From assembly GCA_012295275.1 (NCBI GenBank), contig CM022678.1:1736001-1800000 (forward strand): 64,000 nucleotides of DNA. The letters are read 5' to 3'. The notes beneath the pieces are model-generated. The model did no database searches. It was not told the DNA's origin and saw only the letters and a list, made by a program, of their open reading frames with translations. How positions within the stretch are numbered: the first letter of the stretch is position 1; every line of letters begins with the position of its first letter. The position numbers and the translations under genes were made by a program. This DNA is from Chrysomallon squamiferum. Its lineage: Eukaryota; Animalia; Mollusca. Shown here piece by piece: positions 14,301 through 27,862 of this stretch.

Positions 14301-15128
14301 ATAAAGAAGGACGCTGCATGGAGAACTCACAGACGATTGTCGTTAAAACTGCCCAAAAACACTGACCTGGAGTCCACTGTTCAGATTATGATAAATGAAA
14401 TTGTGAAAATGTCCGAAGATGAGGCTAACCTCCAGCTTGTCGAAAATACTCATGTACAGAGCTTGTGCTCAAAGGCCACTCACGAAGCCTTGGACGAAAT
14501 TTGGAAATATTACCAAAATCCTTGTTATGCTTTTACTGTGTTCTTAATCCAGCAAAAAGCAATTCAGAAACTGATTAACATAGGGAAAAACTCGACAAAG
14601 GAACAGAATATTCCAACTCTTGTAAAGGAACATTTCTCGTACGCTCTCTACCCGGAAACAGAGGCACACTTTGAACACCCGGACACCATGGTATCGGAAG
14701 CTTGGATGTTCAGCCTCCTACATGAAATGCAAAAAAGGGAAGAGTTTATCAACAACGTTAAGACAACCTTCTCGTTGCACGCGGTTGTTCAGAAAATTGA
14801 GGATTTTGTCAACAGGGAACTTGATAAAATTGTCAAACAGTGCTTGGAGCAGGCTTGTTACAAGCTCGCTGTCACTGACAACAACACTTTAGCAATAAGC
14901 ATCATCAAGGACGCCAAATACATGGCGCCAGTCTACCAGTTTCTAGAGCTGATTGTGCAGTGCCAAGTGGAATGTGATCTCGCCTCTGCGAAAAGCTTTC
15001 AACGAGTAAGTCAGGGCGTGAAGCAGATTCTTCTTGACGAGCTTTCCAGACTCGCCAGTGAAAACCTTTCTCCTGAAACTCCGAGAAGCAAAGATCAGAA
15101 ACAGCTGAACGATCAAAGACCAGAGCCG
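11381..15128 (+). CDS. Polycystin-1-like exon 6 (3748 nt): TM2, TM3 and a very large loop with EQAAR repeat and three CxCxxC repeats
   Basis: ttgtag acceptor at 11380 in frame with the 1247-aa ORF; VFLLLFYFLLAGIFTATLIVYVY and FEWRSIDLGLLISVASSWFMEALIRNIKP resemble polycystin-1 TM2/TM3; donor ccg|gtaaac at 15129 (phase 0). Confidence 0.85.
12080..12282 (+). repeat. Coding 15-nt tandem repeat, (EQAAR/DKAAR)n, about 13 units
   Basis: Unit GAACAAGCTGCAAGA repeated in frame in the large exon. Confidence 0.9.
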
Positions 15129-15205
15129 GTAAACTTTCACTGATACTTTATGTACTTTCGGTTTTCTTTTTATTTCTTTGTAAAAGCGAAAAGAAAGAAA
15201 AGTTA

Positions 15206-15236
<31 letters not shown>

Positions 15237-15357
15237 AACAATAACCACAGTAGCAGCAGCATCAACAACAACAAAACAAAACAGTGATCTGTTAAATATT
15301 TTGTTATGATTTATATTCTAATATGTTATTTGACAGCTATTGTGAGCATTATTATTA

Positions 15358-15421
<64 letters not shown>

Positions 15422-15449
15422 TACGTATTTAAACTTTAATTTCGTCTAG

Positions 15450-15510
15450 CAAAGAGAGAGATCTGACACAATGGGAGATGTATTCGCTGAAATACACGCA
15501 CTAAGTAAAG
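15450..15510 (+). CDS. Polycystin-1-like exon 7
   Basis: tctag|QRERSDTMGDVFAEIHALSK(g)|gtgatg; phase 0 to 1 bridges exons 6 and 8 (alternative same-phase donor gtaaag at 15505). Confidence 0.65.
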
Positions 15511-15981
15511 GTGATGAATAATTTTAATACAAATAATAACATGAGGAACTGGAAAAAACAATCTATGTTAAACATAAAGTTTGTCTGTAAATAACTTTTA
15601 TTTTATAAGATTTGTCATGGAAACAATTTCAGAATTTTGAAGACGGGTGGCAATTTTTCATTTGACCTGTCTCTCTTAAGCTAGCATGTCTTTGAACAAA
15701 GAGATCACTTGAAACGAAATTTTATGACAGTTTTAAAAAAAAAAAATCAAAATCAAATTAAATAAATAAATAAATAATAACAACAAAAACAACAGCAACA
15801 ATAATATGTTTACCTTTCAACATGAACACAGATAACTTCAGAGAAAAAAAAAGAGAAAAATCGTAACAGAATTTATAATTTGGCACAGATACAAATTCAT
15901 TGCAACCAAACAAAAGAAACAAAAACAACACCAACAAAAATAAAAATAAATAAATAAATGAATAAGTGAATAATAAAAATG

Positions 15982-16020
<39 letters not shown>

Positions 16021-16056
16021 AATAATCAGACTAAAACGTTATATTCGCACTGTCAG

Positions 16057-16511
16057 ATATAAAACCGCTGACGACGGTTGCCCAGTTCATGAAGGAGGAT
16101 TCTCACAGGCAGCACCTGGGTCGTCTGGAGAAGCAGGTGGTGAAGACGGAGAGGAGGCACAAAGAGCTCGTCGCCATCAACCTGCAGAACATCGTCGACT
16201 CGTACTACGTGTCGGCGGAGCTGCCCGAGGGGTACACGGAGCGCGAGCTGTACATCGTCGAGTGGGCCATGACCAACACGCTGCACAAGCCGCTGCCTGC
16301 CGAGTTGCGGAAACTCTCCCTGTTCGTTCTCTTCTTTCTCACCTCTCTCACGATGATCTACTTCGTGCTCAAAGGCGCCGAGCTGACCACGCCCCAGGCC
16401 AAGGAGTGGGCATGCCTGACGGCCATCAACGTCTGCTTGTACATTGTGGTTTTCGAGCCGCTGAAGCTGTTGCTGGTCAACATGCTGAGAAGAACGTGGC
16501 CGTACTTTTGA
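16057..16511 (+). CDS. Polycystin-1-like terminal exon: TM4 and TM5, then stop
   Basis: tgtcag acceptor in frame with ORF 16089-16511; LPAELRKLSLFVLFFLTSLTMIYFVLKG...AKEWACLTAINVCLYIVVFEPLKLLL matches the polycystin-1 TM4-TM5 pattern (LP...G...W.....[EQ]PLK). TGA at 16509-16511. Confidence 0.85.
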
Positions 16512-16799
16512 GCGGGTTCATGTGGATCAGCAGCTGAGCGTTGGACGTTGTTATCGAGAGTGTTGGAAAGATGTTTCTTTGTAACGTGGAGAGTTCATCG
16601 AGGCAGTTATTTCTATGTTTATAAAGAATGCACACACAGACTGGTGTTTCTCATTTCATGAAGCATGTAGGCATAAAAAAAAAAAAAAAATTGCGTTTGT
16701 AGACAATCTAGAACTAGAAATATTCTCTGTTTAAAGTCAGTGTGGAAACTAAATAATAATAATAATAACAATAAAAAAAAAAAAAAAATACATATATAA

Positions 16800-18090
16800 A
16801 ATCAGAAATGTGCCTGTCTTTAAAGAGAATCAGAAAAATGACTTTTAAAAAATTATATATTGTGAGATGTCTATTTTAAAAATATATAGAAACAGAAATA
16901 TCTCACTATGTATTGAATCAGAAATATGTCTATTTAAAGACTATAGAATCAGAAATGTCTATTTAAAGACGAATCAGAAATGACTAAAAACAAAGTATGG
17001 AATCAGAAATATGTCTATTTAAAGACTATAGAATCAGAACGTCTATTTAAGACAATAATTAGAAATATGACTAAAGACGATGTATAGAATAAGAAATATG
17101 ACTATTTAAAGACTATAGAATCAGAAATGTCTATTTAAAGACTATAGAATCAGAAATGTCTATTTAAAGAGTGTAGAATCAGAAATATGACTATTTAAAG
17201 ACTAGAATCAGAAATATTTCTGTTTAAAGAATTATATAATCAGTACAATGACTATTTAAAAACTGCACAGAATGAGAAATATGTCCTTAGTTGTAGATAG
17301 AAATGTCTATTTAAAGACGATTCAGAAATATGATTAAAGACAATGTATAGAATCAGAAATATGTCTATTTAAAGACTAGAATCAGAACGTCTATTTAAAT
17401 AAAACGAATCAGAAATATGACTTTAAAGACAATGTATAGAATCAGGAACATCTATTTAAAATCAGGAACATCTATTTAAAGAATTGTATATCAGACTATT
17501 TAAAAACTGCGTATAATCAGAAATATGCCCGTATTTGTAAAAAAGTGTATAAACAGAAATATATCTTAGTTATAGAGAGGGCATAAAATCAGAAATTTGT
17601 AGACTGCACAAAAACAAATATGTCCGCATTTAAAGACACTGTATAGACAAATATGTCCGTATCTGTAGACTATACAACCAGAAATATATAGGCATTTGTA
17701 GACAGTGTATGGAATGTCCGTATTTGTAGACATGGATAGAAAGATAAATATGTTCATATTTGTGGACAAATATTTCTGCATTTGTAGACAGTATACAGAC
17801 GTAGAAATACGTGTATATGTGTAGAATTAGGGAATTAGAAATAAGTATGTTATAAAAAGAAATACATCTATATTTGTAGACGGTGTACAGAATCAGAAAT
17901 ACGTATTTGTAGTCGTGTATAAACAGATGTATGTTTATTTGTAGTCAACGTAGGGTGAAAAGAGAAATGTACCCGTATTTGATGAGAGTGTCTAAAATGA
18001 GAAATGTGTCCGTATTTGTAGACAGTTTGTAGAATCAGGAATTTGTACTTGTAGACTGAGAAATGTGTCCGTATTTGTAGACGGTGTGAA
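16800..18090. repeat. ~30-32-nt minisatellite (AGAATCAGAAATATGTCTATTTAAAGACTAT), diverging toward the right
   Basis: Many units; left part carries TATTTAAAGAC, right part TATTTGTAGAC. Confidence 0.88.
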
Positions 18091-18373
18091 AATTTACAAT
18101 GAACTGGGGAAAGACAACTTCTGATTTCAGTCCTTGAGGATAACCAAAGAAATAAGTGATTGATGTTGTAGAAAAAAAACTATAAGTACTGACTAAAATC
18201 GTGATCCTACCTTGTTAAAAAACATTGACAAAAGTAGAATAATAAAATAAATATCAAAAATTGGTAAACAGATACGACTCAAACAAAGGAAAAAGTCGAG
18301 TCGAAAGTGGCAGTCAAATTCTCTGTCATTGTGTCAAATTTATTTATTTATTTATTATAATATCATTGTGTGC

Positions 18374-18446
<73 letters not shown>

Positions 18447-19738
18447 TTTTTTTTAATTTAACTTTTTAATTAATTGATTGATTGATTGATTGAGTTATTT
18501 TTTTATATATATAAAAAACTTACATTTATAATTCATAACACCTGTTTCTTCACAGTGAGAATAACTGGATTTATAAACAGATAAATCTCTTCATCTTTTT
18601 TTTTTTTTTTTTTTTAAAAATAAAAATTTATTTATAATCATAGCTAATCCAAGTAAAGGAAGATTAATTCAGGTTTAATTCAGGTTTCAGTATAATCTTT
18701 GAAAAGAGGAATGAATTCGGTTTACGATACCGGATTCGACTTTAATGTTCGTGTGATAGTTCGAATAAAATTGTTTATACTTCCCAGATATTGTTTTGGG
18801 TGACTTATCTTTACTAACAACAAAGTTTAACAATAAAATAATACAGATACAAAACATGTGAATGCTGCCATTTTGCCCTTTTACAACTCGAGTCGTGATG
18901 TCATCTCGTACTTAACGGGACTGATGCCCTCGGTTACTGACGTTTTTTGAACGTTCAGAGCAAATCGATGTGAAATGTACGCGATGACGTCACAGCTACA
19001 GAGACATGGCTGCGCTCAGGTATTTTTAATCTTTGTTCTTGTTTCGTTATTAAGTAAAATTTCCAGGCAGAAAACAGAACGTAACTTGAAAAATTACAGA
19101 ATATATTAAGACATTTTTATTTTATTTATTTATTTATTTATTTGGATGTTTATTTATTTTGCCCTGAGTTAAACTTTTGGTTTAGTTATAATGAGACTTT
19201 CTGATGGTTATTAATAGAATATCACGAGACATTTACAAACAGTGTGCAATCGTTGCCATAAAATCGTCATGACAACGTCATTTCACTACGTTAAAGCGAC
19301 GTGCTGGGAATTTATACGTACCACCACGTTGTTATGACATCATCCTGACGTCACAGCCGGACTAATGCCGTGGGATGTTTAGGCAACAGCACGGCCCACC
19401 TCAATCACCACTGCAACAAGAAAACTCGATAACAGCGTAACATGAAACCAGAGAATTGAACTTTGACCTTCAGCTTGTTTTCGCAGTAACCATATAACTC
19501 TGTAAGCGTCTATTGAAATATTCTACATTTCTGAACTAATCCCTTTGCTGTACCCGTTATCTTTCATATTACATTATTTATTTTATTCAGTCTTTAGAAT
19601 TCGAATATCACCAGTACTCCTGTTAATTTTATTTCTTTGTACTTTCTTAGCGCAGTTTTAAGAAAAGTTAAAAATTATTTTAAAAATAAATCACTATATT
19701 TTAGTTCTGAAATGAATTTTGTTTTAATATACATATAC

Positions 19739-19771
<33 letters not shown>

Positions 19772-20215
19772 CATACATACATACATATATATATACATAC
19801 ATACGGTCGTAACTGTGTCATAAATAAATAAATCTAACACACACACACACACATTAACAATATCTTTAAAAGACTGAGTTTACAGAGGTCAGACTTATTT
19901 CTCATTGGCTAACCAGTCAGTGTAAACAAAAAGACTCCATCTTCCTCTGATTTTCATTTCTAACATTGACGAGAGGGAGAGGGGGAAGGAGAAAAAACGA
20001 TGAATAAATGAATGAATAAAATACAAAGTAACAACAACAACAACAACAAAAATATGTAAATAAACGAAAAGAGAAATTACTGAATGTATCAGTGAATGTA
20101 TCAGTGAAAAGCAGTAACAAACAATACTTGAATATTATGAATGTATGTTATGTGATTCCATAGTCTCTGTCTGTCTGTCTGTCTCTCCGCCTCGCTCTGT
20201 CTGTCTGTCTCTCTG

Positions 20216-20310
<95 letters not shown>

Positions 20311-20388
20311 CTCGATCTGTCTTTCACTCTGTCTCTTATAACACGTACATATGTATTATATATAAATATTCACACACACACAGATACA

Positions 20389-20447
<59 letters not shown>

Positions 20448-20920
20448 ACACAGATAGTGAATAACTCAACATGTCAGCTTTATCCAAGGAAGGTTAGAAT
20501 GACCCGCTTCAGAAAGACTCTGCTGATAAATTAATTTAGGAACCAATTATTTATTTATCAAAACCCTTCCATTCTAGTAAGCTGTATTTTGTATCAGCGA
20601 CCGAAAATGTAGAAATGTATCTATTCATCATATCTTGTTGCTATTTATATAGATTTAATTAATTTATAAGTAATTTGTTAACTCTGAAGTGACAAGCTGA
20701 ATACTTTGTAAAGATATCGAAGCTGGCTCTAACGCTGTAATAATGAAATCTGAAAAAGAGAAATTTCTTTTTAATCTTTCCCAGCTAAATGTATTTATAT
20801 TTACCGTGATTAAATGTTGATAATTAAACCCTAGTCTACAAATTAAAATTTTCTATTTCATATCTACATATGTGCATATATGTATTATGTATGTATGAGT
20901 AAATGTGCACGTGTTTGTGT

Positions 20921-21180
20921 GTGTAAGTCAAATGCCGATGTCGAGCCTTGAACGTCTGGTTCCTACTCGCTTGCAATCCGAAGGTCATCAAGACAACCAA
21001 ATTATAAATACATGTATGTATGTATGTATGAATCTGTTTGTGTATATGTGTGTATATGTATGTATGTATGTATGTGTTTCTGTGTGTAAGTCAAATGCTG
21101 CTGTCGAACCTTGAACGTCTGGTTCCTACTCGCTTGCAATCCGAAGGTCATCAAGACAACCAAATTATAAATACATATGT
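20921..21180. repeat. Direct duplication of a ~94-nt unique segment (period 163 nt)
   Basis: GTGTAAGTCAAATGC...CTTGAACGTCTGGTTCCTACTCGCTTGCAATCCGAAGGTCATCAAGACAACCAAATTATAAATACAT at 20921 and 21084. Confidence 0.9.
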
Positions 21181-22785
21181 ATGTATGTATCTATGTGTGT
21201 ATGTGTGTGTGAATCTGTTTGTGTATATGTGTGTATGTATATATGTTTGTATGTATCTATGTGTGTGTGTATGTGTGTCTGTGTATATGTGTGTATATGC
21301 ATGTATGTATGTATGTTTGTGTGTTTATATGTATGTATATATGTATGTATATGTGTTATGTATGTATGTATACCTCTTTCTATGAGTTCTGTCTCTCTGT
21401 CAATCTCTATCTATATCTTTGTCTCTTTCTCTCTCTCTCTATTTCTCTTTCATTCTCTCTCTCTCTATTTCTCTTTCATTCTCTCTCTCTATTTCTCTTT
21501 CATTCTCTCTCTCTCTCTCTCTGTGTGTCATGCCATGCCAATCAAAGACATAAACCGAGGGCGTAGCCTCACACCCATCTGTACAGGATATAAATTAAAT
21601 ATTTAAATGTAAGAGGATACATTTATAGATACGACTGTAACATTATCATCTCCAGCACTTTCGACGGCGACGTCTACATCATTAACTTTGAGTAATTTTA
21701 GATATGTTTTTTTTTTTTTTTTTTTTTTTTTTCAGGCACTGGATTAAAAACATTTCATCTTCAAACACAGAGCGAGTCTGGTAGCGGTTCAGTTCTCGAT
21801 TGTTAAAAACTGGTGTCAGAGAAATTAATCGCGTCAGTTTGTTTATCCCTGTCAAAGACAAACAAATAATAATCTGAAAAAGCAAATACTTGTTTATGCT
21901 TTTATTATGGAATTGTTGATTTACTTACTTAGGTTTGTATGTACGTATCTATGTGTGCATGTTTGTCTGTGCGTGTGTGTGTGTGTGTACGTATCTATGT
22001 ATATATGTGTGTGTGTGTGTATGTATGTATGTACGTATCTATGTATATATGTGTGTGTGTGTGTGTGTGTATGTACGCCACGCACGCACGCACACACACA
22101 AATGCATTTAAGACCCACTAGCTCTAGACCCCTCGATATGTATGTGTGCATGTTTGTCTGTGCGTGTGTGTGTGTGTGTTTATGTATGTATATAATCATC
22201 TATGTATGTATGTACATAATTATGCATGAAGTATGGATGTGTGTATGTATGTGTGTGTGTATGTATGTATGTATGTGTGTGTGTGTGTGTGTGTATGTAT
22301 GTGTGTGTGTGTATATATATATATGTGTGTGTGTATATACAGACAGGTAATATTTAAATTTTCTCTTTCTACAAAATATGTGACACGAATACTTTAATTT
22401 TTATCAGTCGCTGTTTACGTAAAAGCTTAAACATTTTTTCTTCTAAAATGTTATTGGTGTTTGTCTGGTTTCTGCTCGGCTGTGGGTCTTTGACCCCTGT
22501 GCAGGTCAGGAAGAGAAATATTCGTCTGCTATTTACATACCCCCCCACACGATGCATTGTCAAGCTGTCATACGCGTTCACTGCACCAAACATCAAAACA
22601 CGTGCACTACCCTCATTTCCTACACCGCCATTTTTCTCATTTTCCATGCAGACTCAAAGAGAGAAAGTGAATAAGAAAAAAATAAAAATAATAATAAGAA
22701 GAAGAAAAAAATAAAAATATGTTCCTAGGCAGGATTATGAACTCAAAACAAAAGTTTTGTTAAGACAGCAAAAATGGTGAAAAAC

Positions 22786-22884
<99 letters not shown>

Positions 22885-23278
22885 AATAAAATAAAATAAA
22901 GACGAAGAAGAAGAATAATGAAAGTTAGAAAGAAAGAAAGAAAGAAAAAGACAACACTAAACTATTTTATTTGCATTTCAGTTGTTTCCTTACAGACGTA
23001 AAATTCGAATAAAATCTATGTGTGGTATCAATGTATTCACGTTGTATGTCAGTATCATGTGTGTGATGAGTGGCATACTGCGGGGGGGAGAGAGACGATG
23101 ATGATGATGATGATTATAATAATGATAAATAACATTAATACTAATGATGATGATAATAACGACGATGATGATGATTATGTTTAAAACTACTTAATCATAA
23201 TAGTATCGACGCCGAGAACCAACACTTAACAACAACAACGACAACAGCAATAATAGTGATAATAACAATTTCAATAAC

Positions 23279-23340
<62 letters not shown>

Positions 23341-23370
23341 TAATGATAACAAAAATAACAACAGCAATGC

Positions 23371-23436
<66 letters not shown>

Positions 23437-23866
23437 TGACGACGTTGACCTACACGTGTACGAGTGCTTGTTACTCAACAACGACGTGTTTTCGTTGTGA
23501 GGTATCGCCGCGTCACGCAGACTTCGTTTCCCCAGCCCCGCTGTTTTGTGTGAAAATAACACACATGCCTGACACACGTGCAACCCATTACAGCCCGCTT
23601 CTCAAGTCTCGCGAACAATGGCGTCGCTTATTCGACGTCGTGGAAAGCAGGACGGAGGGGTGGGGGTGTGCGTATTGTCATCGGCGATGACGCACAGGGT
23701 GTGGTCGAGGTAGTTTATTGTACGAGGGCTGAGGAATTTTCACACCAGGGCCGGGTCTAGGGGTTTGTACTAGGGGAGGTTTCCTTGTCGTTTATTATTA
23801 CATTGGCGATCCTTTTAGTTTTTATTTATTTATTTTGTTATTTTGCTATTGTTATTATTATTATTA

Positions 23867-23902
<36 letters not shown>

Positions 23903-24346
23903 GATAACTAGACGATCAATATTTTTATATTTGAACGTCGTTTCGACATTCTGAATGTGTACTTTTGACAGTGAAAATAAATTAATACACAATTTTATGT
24001 TTTATGTTTTAATTTTTTTATTTATTTATTTATTTTTTTTTTTTAAATACTTGTTTCCAAGTTATTAGTTTACACGTTTGGTCGACCCTTCATCACTGGT
24101 AACACAACATGATAATAAAATTATTCTGTTACAAAACACCTAAATGTCGCCATTTTGAACACTTAACGACTGTAGTCGTGACGTCATCGTCTATATGGCA
24201 GACAACACTAGAAGCAAATGACTCCGCTTCGTACGTGATGACGTCACGAGTACCGAAGAATGGCGGCAGCCGGATTTTGTTTTTTTCTATTTTTAATTAT
24301 TATTGTTATATTTCATCATTAAAATAAACAAAAATGAATGAATGAA

Positions 24347-24423
<77 letters not shown>

Positions 24424-25499
24424 TTTGTTGTGGTTCTTAAACTTTCACAGAACACCACATACAAGCAAACGAATTTGTTCTTCTGTTTCCTTTTTAATTA
24501 ATTAAATTGTGTTTTGGTATTTACAGATCTTATGTCACTTAGCAATCATTTATTCACACATACCTTGGTTGCATCTCAAAAGAAGAAGAAGAAGAAGACG
24601 GAGAAGAAGAAGAAGAAGAAGAAGAAGAAGAAGAAGAAGAAGAAGAAGAAAACAAAGAATTAGAATGGCATTCAAAGGACCTAAAAGACCCAGAAAGACA
24701 TCTCTCTGAATTTCTTGCCTCAGTTTATTTTCTTTTCTTTTCTTTTTTTCTCTTTCTTTCTTCATTTATTTATTTTTATGTTTTACAGTTCAAGAGAATT
24801 TTTTCTTGTCACATTTTCAAACTTCCATGTACGGCTTGTCAGCTGCACTTGTTTCTCAAACCTTAACAAGTTTATGTTTTAGAAACAAAAATAAAATGAA
24901 AATAAAAAATAAAAAAAATAAAAAATAAAAGGAAAAATTTAGAGAGAGCGGAAAATTATCTGAGAGAGACAAATGTACAGAGTGATCTTAATGTTCAGTT
25001 TTAAAACATAACTAACAATGAACTACTACTACCACCATCACAACTACTACATCTACATCCACCATTATTACCACTACTACTGCCACTACCACTAAAGTTA
25101 CTACTGCTGTCACCACTACCGTTATTATTACTATTACCATTACCATTACTATTACTATCACTATCACTACCATAACTATTACTATTACTGTTACTACGAC
25201 TACTACTACTGTTACTACTACTGCTGCTGCTGTTGCTGTTCTACTTCCGGTACCAGTACTAAGGTTGATATTATATCCATTGGTACTGCTACTTCTGTTA
25301 CTACTACGATTACTGCTGCTACTACACCATTATTGTTGTAGTAGTTGTTGTTAGTATTACTATTATGATTGTAATTATTTGTAGCTGCCGCCGTTGTCGC
25401 AAACAGCAGCACCGACAGAAAAGTCTCAAGCAGGCGAGGTTTAAAACAAGCCAGCACACGTGACACACATTGTTTTTTCTGTGTCAGATGTCGTGGCTT

Positions 25500-25560
25500 G
25501 CGTATTTACCGGCTTCCGCCGTGCCGACAGGTGACGTCACGAAGTAAAAACTCCTGATAC
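25500..25560 (+). promoter_or_regulatory. Proximal promoter of paralogue A
   Basis: Perfect CRE palindrome GTGACGTCAC (25531-25540), CTTCCG motif and TATA-like GTAAAAA (25544-25550) 80-100 nt upstream of the ATG in a CpG-rich patch. Confidence 0.5.
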
Positions 25561-25627
25561 AGCAGCACGCGCTGGTAGGAACCTGCACCTGCACACGGGA
25601 CCGCGGCTCCGCACACAACACACGACC

Positions 25628-25661
25628 ATGAAGTGCGCATGGCTAACAGCGCTGTTGTTAC
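25628..25661 (+). CDS. Secreted coiled-coil/dicysteine protein, paralogue A, exon 1 (signal peptide)
   Basis: accATG AAG TGC GCA TGG CTA ACA GCG CTG TTG TTA C|gtaagt; joined to exon 2 gives MKCAWLTALLLLYFRHCSA-YSRP, a typical signal peptide. Confidence 0.8.
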
Positions 25662-25674
25662 GTAAGTGTTCACT

Positions 25675-25920
25675 CTCGTTAAAATAGTGTTATTTACGTG
25701 TTCATCACACAGTGTTCATATATCGTTAAAATAGTGTTAGCAGTGTTAATATATCGTTAAAATAATGTTATTTACGTGTTCATCACTCAGTTAGCAGTGT
25801 TAATATATCGTTAAAATAGTGTTATTTACGTGTTCATCACACAGTTAGCAGTGTTAATATATAGTTAAAATAATGTTATTTACGTGTTCATCACACAGTT
25901 AGCAGTGTTAATATATCGTT
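25675..25920. repeat. 54-nt tandem repeat at the start of paralogue A intron 1
   Basis: ATATCGTTAAAATAGTGTTATTTACGTGTTCATCACACAGTTAGCAGTGTTAAT, about 4 copies. Confidence 0.88.
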
Positions 25921-26230
25921 TTGCATATAACTTGCTTTGATAACCATAATTGTTAACACATCGTTTGTGTACTATTCATACCATTGATCGTATATCATTT
26001 CGTATTATTATTTGTAAAATTAATCATATTGCTTGCGTATTAATCACATAATTAAAATATCACGTCTCTCTGAGTAATGAAACGTTAATGTGTTATTTCT
26101 GTATTAATCGATTCATTAACTTATTATTAATATGGTTAATCAAATAACAAGCAAGTTGTTCGATCAGTAAATAATCGTAAATTAATTATGGACAGCATAT
26201 TATTTCATATTAATCATTTCATATCAATTG

Positions 26231-26323
<93 letters not shown>

Positions 26324-26514
26324 TGAACCATGACATTATCATATTATTGTGTATTAATCGTATAATTAGCATTTTATTTGGAGATTAGTCGAATTATTAT
26401 TTTTATATTAATCATATTTTAACATATTGTTTGTGCATTAACTACATACATGTATACATACATGTACTTAAGGACAGAGTTTAGGAGAGGCATTCGATAT
26501 TATAATGGGTGGGT

Positions 26515-26609
<95 letters not shown>

Positions 26610-26764
26610 AGATAGTATAAAGTGTATCTTATGATTCTATACGGAATAACTGTTGATTTTAAATTATGTCACTATCCGTCTTTCTTTCTGTCTTTCTGAC
26701 TTTCTATCTGTCTGTGTGTCAGTCTGTCCTCTATTTCTGTTTATTTATCTCTGTGCCTTTCTGG

Positions 26765-27390
26765 CTTTCTGTCTGTCTGTCTGTCTGTGTATCTATATAT
26801 CGATCTGTCTGTCTGTCTGTCTCTCTGTCTACCTGTCTGTGAGACTCTTTCTTTGTCTATATGTCTGTCTGTCTGTCTGTATATCTGTCTGTGTGTCTAT
26901 CTGTCTGTCTGTGTGTCTGTCTGTCTGTCTCTCTGTCTGTATGTGTGTATGTCTGTCTGTGTGTCTGTGTGTATGTCTGTATGTGTGCCTGTGTCTCTGA
27001 ATGTCGGTCTGTCTTTCTGTCTGTCTGTCTGTGAGCTGTGTCTGTGTGTCTCTGTGTCTGTCTGTCTGTCTGTCTATCTGTCTCTCTGTCTGTGTGTCTG
27101 TCTCTCTGTCTGTGTGTCTGCCTGTCTGACTGTCTGACTATCTGTGTGTCTATCTGTCTGTCTGTGTGTCTCTGTCTGTCTGTCTCTCTGTCTGTATGTC
27201 TTTCTGTCTGTCTGTCTGTGTGTGTGTCTGTCTGTCCTGTGTGTCTGAATGTCGGTCTGTCTTTCTGTCTGTCTGTCTGTGAGTCTGTGTGTCTGTGTCT
27301 GTCTGTCTGTCTGTCTGTCTCTCTGTCTGTGTGTCTGTCTCTGTCTGTGTGTCTGCCTGTCTGACTGTCTGTGTGTCTGTGTGTCTGTCA
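26765..27390. repeat. (CTGT)n/(GT)n compound microsatellite
   Basis: Low-complexity tract directly upstream of the exon 2 acceptor. Confidence 0.9.
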
Positions 27391-27411
27391 CTAACGTGCT
27401 CTGTTTTACAG

Positions 27412-27766
27412 TTTACTTCAGACACTGCTCCGCTTACAGTCGTCCCATCTACAACTCGTACAGCTCATGGTCGAGCCATTCATCATCATCATCATCATCA
27501 TCATCAGCTTCAGCTTCAGCCTCAGCATCGGCGTCAGCCTCCGCGTCTGCGTCGGCTTTGTCGTCTGCAGAAAGATTCGCGCCTTCGCAGCAGCGAGACC
27601 GCTCTCAGGGATTCAACGGTTATTCCCCTTACAAAAATGGCGCTCAAAGACCTCGGGTGACGCCCAGACCTTCGGGCTACTCGTACCCTGCGGCGGGTAC
27701 TGCAGCACCTGGTACCAAGCAGTGTACCTCTTCTGCTTTGTGCTACTGCTGTAGATGGTCTACACG
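27412..27766 (+). CDS. Paralogue A exon 2: poly-Ser/(SA)n region and start of Cys domain
   Basis: Branch point ctaac plus ttttacag acceptor; reads (L)YFRHCSAYSRPIYNS...SSSSSSASASASASASA...KQCTSSALCYCCRWST(R)|gtatgt; CYCCRW shared with paralogue B exon 2; phase 1 to 2. Confidence 0.85.
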
Positions 27767-27799
27767 GTATGTAGATGTTTTATTTTATTTAAATCAAAT

Positions 27800-27862
<63 letters not shown>

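Noticed and set aside
11400-15143. 1247-aa ORF as a transposon or viral ORF
   Set aside because: No RT, integrase or transposase motifs; flanked by splice sites joining it in frame to PLAT and TM exons.
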